DNA of 6,701 nucleotides from Vitrella brassicaformis CCMP3155 (Eukaryota > Protista > Chromerida). This document shows positions 1 to 6,016 of the stretch, piece by piece. The position numbers and the translations under genes were made by a program. The first letter of the stretch is position 1. Every line of letters begins with the position of its first letter. The notes under the pieces are model-generated. The model was not told the DNA's origin and did not search any database. It saw nothing but the letters and a program-made list of their open reading frames with translations. Location: the NCBI GenBank assembly GCA_001179505.1, contig CDMY01001001.1, positions 1 to 6,701 of the forward strand, in the 5' to 3' direction.

Positions 1-754
1 CCCCTTGAGCCTGTTTGGGTCTGCGTGCTGATGGGACTGTATTTGTATGAGTATCACGGACACACAGACGAGTGTTACGGTTAATGACAGTTTCCCCCTC
101 ATTTTATGTCAGAGCGAATAAATTGTGGAGCAAGCCTGAATGGTTGTTGAATGAGGGGCTGCAAGAAGAAGCGTTGTCCCAATATGTGCCTCTCATAGTT
201 CTTGCTTCATCTAGCCCCAAACACACAGACAGTCTACAGATGGATCGGCTAGGGCGATAAAGCGACATGGACTGAGACGAATAGGAAAAAGCACTACAAC
301 GGCTTAAGAAAGTACGAAAACAACGCAATCACACGTCAGCATTCACACTTCCTGTACAACCCAGGCCCATAGATGACACACTTCATACGACTGCTCAGAC
401 ATCGTGTCACTAATGCGAGGTGACGAGAAGGATAATCGCTTCCTTCCTCGCTGCACTTCAAAGCTCGTGAAACGCGTCTTTTAAAAAGAGCAGCAAACTT
501 CGAAAACTCTTGCATCACCTGTCGAACTGAAACCATCGCTCAGATGTCTCCACTGTCCGGTGGCTCACAGCAATGGACATCCTTCTGCACAGACCCTCTC
601 TCATTCTCATCAAGTACAGCCAACAAACACTGTGAATGGACATCCAGAACGTAACGGGGATGAGAATTAAAGGCACCAACCGCGGAACGTCTCAGCTAAC
701 AGCTCTGTACGGCCTGAAGGCATACGACTCATCCTGTGCATTGCGTCGGGGCGC

Positions 755-833
755 CTGAAGAACAACGACACTTAGCAACCGTCGAGAACGACTAAGGATT
801 AGGTTGGTAGACTACTGATTTGTGTTCACTCAC
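755..833 (-). other. Putative 79-nt 3'-UTR intron starting immediately after the stop codon of the secreted-protein ORF
   Basis: Minus strand reads GAA TAG|GTGAGT (donor 833-828), and TTGTTCTTCAG|GCGC gives an acceptor ending at 755. The length matches other intron candidates in the window. No transcript evidence. Confidence 0.4.
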
Positions 834-1103
834 CTATTCTTCGGCAGTATCAGACTGGTCGGTGGCGACGACAGCACCAGCAAGCTCACGAGGCGCTTTT
901 CCATCACCGTTGTAAGTCACTGCTCCTTTCAGCATCTCCTCCTGTGTTCGCAAGAGCTCACGACGTGTATTAGGGTCGCAACAGGCACCCGATGGTAGGC
1001 AGTATTCAGGAACACATCCGGAACCGGGGCAGGGGACACACTGTTGCACCGACGGTCGAAGGACGGCCAAAAGAATGACGAAAGCCAAGACGCACTTCAT
1101 CAT
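834..1103 (-). CDS. Small secreted cysteine-rich protein, 89 aa (signal peptide, 6-Cys module, C-terminal tail)
   Basis: Translation from ATG 1103: MMKCVLAFVILLAVLRPSVQQCVPCPGSGCVPEYCLPSGACCDPNTRRELLRTQEEMLKGAVTYNGDGKAPRELAGAVVATDQSDTAEE*. It has a basic n-region, a hydrophobic h-region (VLAFVILLAVL), then C-x2-C-x4-C-x4-C-x5-CC and a dibasic RR. The longer track ORF 834..1325 uses a TTG start inside the LTR. Family not recognised. Confidence 0.65.
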   Translation of the reverse strand: MMKCVLAFVILLAVLRPSVQQCVPCPGSGCVPEYCLPSGACCDPNTRRELLRTQEEMLKGAVTYNGDGKAPRELAGAVVATDQSDTAEE

Positions 1104-1251
1104 GCTTGCGGGGTGGATGACCAGGCAATTCAAAGCTAGCAATCCAGACGGAGGGGCAGTCGATCTAGATGAAGAGAGGAGGGAGAAGGAGAGGTGCGTT
1201 AGCAGGCAGAGAGAAGGACTGGGGGGGAGCGGTTGATGAGAGGAGGACTGA

Positions 1252-1256
1252 GAGGA
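1252..1256 (+). repeat. Left target-site duplication GAGGA
   Basis: These 5 bp directly precede the 5' LTR and are identical to 4450-4454, which directly follow the 3' LTR. Confidence 0.92.
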
Positions 1257-1422
1257 AGTTAGAGCGGAGACCGAGTTACACGAGCGAGATCTACGAGACA
1301 TGAGTTGCGATGGTTGTGGACCCAAGCTTGCGTGTCCATGAGACCTCCGTCGTCACTGAATGCTTCTTTCGGCTTCGTCACATTCCTACTCGCTACCCCG
1401 AGCTACTGCTGATACTCCAACT
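1257..1422 (+). repeat. 5' LTR (166 bp, AGTT...AACT termini)
   Basis: 164/166 identical to 4284-4449 (G1262/A4289 and C1279/T4306). The termini AGTTAGAG...CTCCAACT form a 7/8 inverted repeat. Confidence 0.95.
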
Positions 1423-1436
1423 GGTTATGAACGCCC
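1423..1436 (+). other. Primer-binding site, half-tRNA(iMet) type (GGTTATGA-AC-GCCC)
   Basis: It abuts the 5' LTR. It matches GGTTATGAGCCC, the complement of the initiator-tRNA anticodon arm used by Ty5/copia-type elements, with 8 perfect nt, a 2-nt insertion and 4 more matches. Confidence 0.7.
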
Positions 1437-1503
1437 ACCTCGGGTGTGATGAGCCATCTGGCGTGCCTTCCCTCACCATCTGACGAGACACCATCTCCCG
1501 GTG

Positions 1504-2432
1504 ATGATGACCGAGCAACGTGACGTCATCCAGCAAGTGCCACACAGTGAGTTGTGGTACAAGATGGCCGATGGCATCGCCACAAACCCTCCTCGCTTCA
1601 GCGGCAAAGAGAGCGACTACCACAGCTGGCGTCAGTCGTTCGCTGGCATGTTCTATGGCATCGATGGCATGGCCAAGTACTTCCATCCGTCAACTGATGA
1701 CGAGCTGTCGGTGCTGCTCGCTGACGAGTCGCTCACAGATGTTCAACGCCGCAACATGAGGATGGAGAGATGGATGCTGTGGAGAGCACTGGACAGGGCC
1801 ACAGAGGGCAAGGACTGTCAAGGAACGGTCCAGGAGGCAACCACAACACACGATGGGTATGTGTCTCTGTTGGCTCTGCGTCGCAGATATGAGCCAAGCA
1901 TCGAGCAGAGGCGCTCACAGACAAACGTCGAATACGACAGGTGGGATTATGACGAGAGCAAGGCCTTCATGGATAATCTTGGAGACCTTGACCGTCTCTC
2001 GCCGTCAATAAGGCGTATGGTACAGAAAGGCGCACAAAAGACGACGTCGTACAGAAGATGATCGCGCGTCTGGGTGCTCACAGAGCGAACCCAATGTGTG
2101 CTTTTCTGTGGAGTGTGTTCATCGGGCAGGTGGACTTCACTTACGAAAAGATACGCCGTATGGCCGCCCGCATTACTGCGGAGCTCGGTGACGGTACGCA
2201 CGTATCTGACCCGCACACCCTGTCTGGACACAGTACAGGACAGGGAGCATCAACTGTGGTATCATTGCCCGTTGCTGGTGCCGCCCAAGAGCGCCGGCAG
2301 CTATTCTGCCGTCTCTGTTCGACACGACGAGAACGTTCGCTGTTCAATCACACGACAGATGAATGTCGAGTGCTCGGCCGTATGCTGCAAGAGATGCGAG
2401 ACAATGACGATGGATCTGAGCCAGACGAGTGA
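1504..2432 (+). pseudogene. gag: Copia-type Gag, about 309 aa, split by a -1 frameshift near 1996-2000
   Basis: The frame of ORF 1501..2061 contains PPRFSGKESDYHSW (1588-1629, the Copia Gag P..F.G..Y..W motif) and LLALRRRYEP. The -1 frame continues ...DRL/LAVNKAYGTERRTKDDVVQKMIARL into ORF 2058..2432, which holds the zinc knuckle and ends at TGA 2430-2432. Motifs recognised by eye, with no profile search. Confidence 0.8.
2307..2366 (+). other. Gag zinc knuckle with expanded spacer, C-x2-C-x10-H-x4-C
   Basis: CRLC-STRRERSLFN-H-TTDE-C at the Gag C-terminus. The H-x4-C half is canonical. Confidence 0.75.
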
Positions 2433-3165
2433 GGCTCTACAAGACTATAGCGCACTAGCTGGCCACCCAAGAGCTCACGAAGACAGAGGGGGCTGGTGCA
2501 AGTGACGCTGTGTGTGTGTACGTATACATATGGACGTCATGCACGTCTGTATATGTACAGAAATATTTTTCTTTCTCTCTGTCTTCTCGTCACTCACTCA
2601 GTGCTATCTTACCGTCTGTCGGTTGATTGGTCTGCCGGCTGGTTGATCGATGGATGACAAGTGTGCATTGATTGATGAGGGCTGAGAAAGAACTGACTGA
2701 GAGAGAAGTGATCTGCTGCTGATCGATTCCATGAGGAATTGGTCTGCATGCAGTCATATTGTTTGATCAAGGAACACATTGACAGTGCGTGTGAGAGGGA
2801 AAGGACTTAGAGAGTGATGTGATTGCTCAGATGCAGTCAAAGAGCATGTGCCATGGCTCCACCAAGTGATTCGTCACCTCTATTTCAAAGTCCAGATGTC
2901 CCTCGCGCAAAATCAAACATGTACAGCATTGAGTCACGGACCAGCGCACGGTGGAGTGTCGCATGCATACACAAAATGCATTGATGATGCTCTGCGTCCT
3001 AAGTGGGTTCACTGAAAACCTAGCCTGACTCTCAATTGCTGGCTCACTCCTCGGGCATTGAGCTCAGAGGGGGCATTAGGCAAAGCAATAACAGCACAGC
3101 GCACAAATAGCGCAGCTGGCCTGATGCGGTCTCAGCTCGTCTAGGCACATGTGTGTGTTCGCTCG

Positions 3166-3249
3166 CTGCACAAAAGACAGACAGCTAGGTCGAGCCGCAC
3201 ACAAGAAAGACATCACAGATGTCTTACAAAACAAATGTGTCTGACTTAC
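3166..3249 (-). other. Putative antisense spliceosomal intron (84 nt)
   Basis: GG|GTAAGT donor at 3249, T-rich body, CTGTCTTTTGTGCAG| acceptor at 3166. Confidence 0.55.
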
Positions 3250-3268
3250 CCATTGCATGCCAATGCAA

Positions 3269-3359
3269 CTGTGTTTATAGACACACAAGGCACATGGCGA
3301 TGCAATGGCAAAAGCGAGGGACAACTGAGATAGCCCTCAGAATCGCCACAGACACTCAC
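3269..3359 (-). other. Putative antisense spliceosomal intron (91 nt)
   Basis: GTGAGT donor at 3359 and a weaker acceptor, GTGTCTATAAACACAG|, at 3269. It would leave a 19-nt exon at 3250-3268. Confidence 0.35.
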
Positions 3360-3390
3360 AGAGGTACTGTGTGAGGCGAGAGCCACCTAT

Positions 3391-3463
3391 CTAGAAGATG
3401 GGAAGATTGAGAGCAGACACGTGTGCACGGACATCACGACTCGTGAGGACTGTACACCCTCAC
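3391..3463 (-). other. Putative antisense spliceosomal intron (73 nt)
   Basis: GTGAGG donor at 3463 and CTCTCAATCTTCCCATCTTCTAG| acceptor at 3391. Confidence 0.5.
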
Positions 3464-4233
3464 GTGGCCGTGAATATCCGCATGGCCTGCAGTCTCTCTT
3501 GTGATTCGAGAAACTGACACAGAGCAGTTCTCATGCAGGGCTGTTCTATCTGACTCAGCAAGCTGGCATGCATGTTTGCCACGTCATGTGCTTCTAATGC
3601 CTCGCTCACCTATACGGTCAAGAGAGGGAGACAGAGAAGCCAACACAGGCAAGCAAACCCACCATCAGTGACCGTATAGACAAGAAAAAAAGAGCGAAAA
3701 AGGCAAACACAAAAGGCGCCGAGAAAAGGTAAGCAATAGAAATGAAGGCGCTACCGACCGCCAGGTAAGTAGCTGGTGTCTGTGAAAGCAGAGCGACCCA
3801 AGAATGGTCAGCTCAAGCTGCAGACACGTCAGCACCATGGTCTTCAGGATGCTTGCGTGGCGCTTTGTCATAAGCCCTGAAGCCAACAAAAGAAACAAAC
3901 ACAATTCACATTGACACATGCTTACGTGTGTGTGTATCTTCTGCCGCAGCCGAGTCTGGTCCTAGAAAAGGACAGACAGGCGGGGAAAGGCAGATAGATG
4001 AGGCAGACAGCCAGCCGGAACAACAAAAGGCACACTTACATGTTCATGATGTGCATGTGAGTGCCGTGCCAAGCCGCGTGGTGATGCGGAGGTGGTAGCA
4101 AGAGCACAAGATGCCTCCCATCTCTCCAAGCGTCATCCGCATGGCTTGACGAGCTGCTGTGAGCTGACAAACAGCCGAAAAAGCACCTCGTCTGTTTCTT
4201 TCTCGATGATCTCGCTGACCGCCAACACCTCAT
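3460..4233 (-). CDS. Tentative 5-exon antisense ORF (181 aa, one hydrophobic block); the model is speculative
   Basis: Exons 4233-4040, 3961-3926, 3876-3828, 3779-3663 and 3609-3460 join into 546 nt without an internal stop. Introns 3 and 4 were chosen post hoc and have weaker donors (GTGTCT, GTGGGT). Confidence 0.2.
3877..3925 (-). other. Putative antisense spliceosomal intron (49 nt)
   Basis: GTAAGC donor at 3925 and TTTGTTTCTTTTGTTGGCTTCAG| acceptor at 3877. Confidence 0.55.
3962..4039 (-). other. Putative antisense spliceosomal intron (78 nt)
   Basis: GTAAGT donor at 4039, pyrimidine-rich body, CTGTCTGTCCTTTTCTAG|G acceptor at 3962. Confidence 0.6.
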
Positions 4234-4274
4234 GATGAGCGCTCGGCAGCAACGACAAGCAAAAGCTGACGAGC

Positions 4275-4283
4275 GAGGGGGGG
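4275..4283 (+). other. Polypurine tract (GAGGGGGGG)
   Basis: Purine run directly abutting the 3' LTR, resembling the Copia GAGGGGG-type PPT. Confidence 0.85.
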
Positions 4284-4449
4284 AGTTAAAGCGGAGACCG
4301 AGTTATACGAGCGAGATCTACGAGACATGAGTTGCGATGGTTGTGGACCCAAGCTTGCGTGTCCATGAGACCTCCGTCGTCACTGAATGCTTCTTTCGGC
4401 TTCGTCACATTCCTACTCGCTACCCCGAGCTACTGCTGATACTCCAACT
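4284..4449 (+). repeat. 3' LTR (166 bp, AGTT...AACT termini)
   Basis: Direct repeat of 1257-1422 at an offset of 3027, with 2 transitions. Confidence 0.95.
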
Positions 4450-4454
4450 GAGGA
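4450..4454 (+). repeat. Right target-site duplication GAGGA
   Basis: Identical to 1252-1256. Confidence 0.92.
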
Positions 4455-4833
4455 CGATGCATTCTCAGCAGAGCTCGCACCACTTTTGAGCCTTTTTCTC
4501 CTCCCAGACCTCTTTTTTTTGCTGGATATCGTCACCATCGGTTCCGCTCCAACCCCCGGTCCCGTTGACATCTTATTTGCTGTTATTCGTCACTACTTCC
4601 CAAGACCGCCGGACGCGCTACTCTCCTCGACCTTCACGGGCTTCCTGCCTCATTGGCGCAGCGTCAGCGTTCCTTCTGTCAGCAGATCTGGCCATTCTCT
4701 GTCTCGACTCGACCTCGCAGTACCACCCCGAGGCGGCGTCTCGCGTGATGGTGGTCTTCTACCTCCTTGGCGGCGGCACCTGGCTTGCGGGACACTTTAC
4801 GTCACTTTGAGTTGCGTCACTGTCTGGGGGAGA

Positions 4834-5176
4834 GGGGGGGGGGGGGGGGGGGGNNNNNNNNNNNNNNNNNNNNNNNNNNNNNNNNNNNNNNNNNNNNNNN
4901 NNNNNNNNNNNNNNNNNNNNNNNNNNNNNNNNNNNNNNNNNNNNNNNNNNNNNNNNNNNNNNNNNNNNNNNNNNNNNNNNNNNNNNNNNNNNNNNNNNNN
5001 NNNNNNNNNNNNNNNNNNNNNNNNNNNNNNNNNNNNNNNNNNNNNNNNNNNNNNNNNNNNNNNNNNNNNNNNNNNNNNNNNNNNNNNNNNNNNNNNNNNN
5101 NNNNNNNNNNNNNNNNNNNNNNNNNNNNNNNNNNNNNNNNNNNNNNNNNNNNNGGGGGGGGGGGGGGGGGGGGGGG
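4834..5176. other. Assembly gap (300 N, 4854-5153) flanked by G20 and G23 homopolymers
   Basis: Read directly from the sequence. The round gap size suggests an estimated length. Confidence 0.97.
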
Positions 5177-5331
5177 AGGCGTTTGTTTGCCTGTTATCGT
5201 GCCAGTGTCTCACATCTTTCTTTTCATCCATCTCGCTCAGCTGGGTTTCTTGTTGTGTGGTCGTGTATGTTGCGGTTAGTCTCTTTTGTTGCCTGTCTAG
5301 CCTTGCCCTTCCATCCTCTGTCTTTGTTTGT

Positions 5332-5970
5332 ATCTGAGTCCGGGGTAGATCAGTCGTGTGTGATGGGGCGGGCGTGCATTCCCAGGCACCTATGGTCATA
5401 CTGAGCATTCGCAGCTAGTGAGAAGGGGGCTCACGTCTTGCCAGTGACACAGCAACAGACGTTAGCCTGCACGTTCCTCTCCTGAGGCTGGCCTGCTTTG
5501 TTGCCCGCCTGGCCTTTCTCCCTTTCTCTCTGTCTGGCTTTTCTCTGCATCTGGGTCCGGGGTAGATTAGTGGTGTGTGATGGGGCGGGCGTGCATTCCC
5601 AGGCACCTGTGGTCACACTCAGCATTCGCAGCTAGTAAGAAGGGGGCTCACGTCTTGCCAGTGACACAGCAACAGACATTAGCCTGCACGTTCCTCTCCT
5701 GAGGCTGGCCTGCTTTGTTGCCCGCCTGGCCTTTCTCCCTTTCTCTCTGTCTGGCTTTTCTCTGCATCTGGGTCCGGGGTAGATCAGTCGTGTGTGATGG
5801 GGCGGGCGTGCATTCCCAGGCACCTATGGTCACACTCAGCATTCGCAGCTAGTGAGAAGAGGGCTCACGTCTTGGCAGTGACACAGCAACAGACATTAGC
5901 CTGCACGTTCCTCTGCTCAGGCTGGCCTTGCTTTGTTGCCCGCCTGGCCTTTCTCCCTTCCTCTCTCTCT
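5332..5970. repeat. Tandem repeat, 217-bp period, about 2.9 copies plus a degenerate partial copy at ~5285-5331
   Basis: Units start at 5332, 5549 and 5766 (ATCTGRGTCCGGGGTAGAT...). Copy 1 vs copy 2 has 8 mismatches in 217 bp. Copy 3 has a 1-bp insertion and is truncated in the CT tract. Confidence 0.95.
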
Positions 5971-5994
5971 TTCTACCTATTCGTTGGCTGCTGT

Positions 5995-6016
5995 GGGTGG
6001 ATGGGTGGGGTGTGGG
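5995..6016 (+). other. Potential G-quadruplex motif
   Basis: GGG-TGGAT-GGG-T-GGGG-TGT-GGG fits the four-G3-tract pattern with 1-7 nt loops. Confidence 0.5.

Larger units (their letters stand above)
1257..4449 (+). mobile_element. Non-autonomous Ty1/copia-like LTR retrotransposon, gag-only (TR-GAG-like architecture), 3193 bp
   Basis: Paired 166-bp direct repeats, 5-bp TSD, PBS abutting the 5' LTR, PPT abutting the 3' LTR, and a Copia-type Gag with a CCHC knuckle. No protease, integrase, RT or RNase H reading frame is seen. Confidence 0.93.

Noticed and set aside
1-750. Short ORFs 72..260 (+), 104..328 (-) and 336..536 (-)
   Set aside because: 62-74 aa, with no recognisable motif or consistent exon structure. 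They could be UTR or unrecognised exons, but nothing supports a call.
1221-1256. GGGGGGGAG at 1221-1229 resembles the PPT/LTR junction, suggesting a longer 5' LTR
   Set aside because: 1230-1256 does not align with 4257-4283, and the TSD fixes the boundary at 1257.
1302-1325. TTG start of track ORF 834..1325
   Set aside because: It is a non-ATG start inside the LTR. The signal peptide only works from ATG 1103/1100.
2430-2458. Stop-codon readthrough from gag into pol
   Set aside because: The frame closes again after GSTRL (TAG), and no pol follows.
1393-2505. Overlapping ORFs 1393..1686, 1733..1924, 1947..2231, 2141..2347 (-) and 1520..1759, 2074..2505 (+)
   Set aside because: These are shadow or alternative frames of gag without motifs. 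ORF 2074..2505 has no protease D(S/T)G.
3729-3949. Sense-strand donors AG|GTAAGC (3729) and CAG|GTAAGT (3765) with an acceptor at 3949
   Set aside because: An efficiently spliced sense intron would be lost on retrotransposition, and no ORF is created. It is kept only as a caveat that splice-like motifs arise on both strands.
5338-5392. tRNA/SINE-like head in the 217-bp unit (CCGGGGTAGATCAGTCG...ATTCCCAGGCACC)
   Set aside because: The A-box is imperfect, there is no GTTCRA B-box, and ~51 nt is too short to form a cloverleaf.
4387-5408. Long ORFs 4387..5337, 4767..5279 and 4797..5408
   Set aside because: They are artefacts of translating through the 300-N gap and poly-G.
5332-5970. CRISPR-like array
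   Set aside because: These are whole-unit tandem copies with no unique spacers, in a eukaryotic context.
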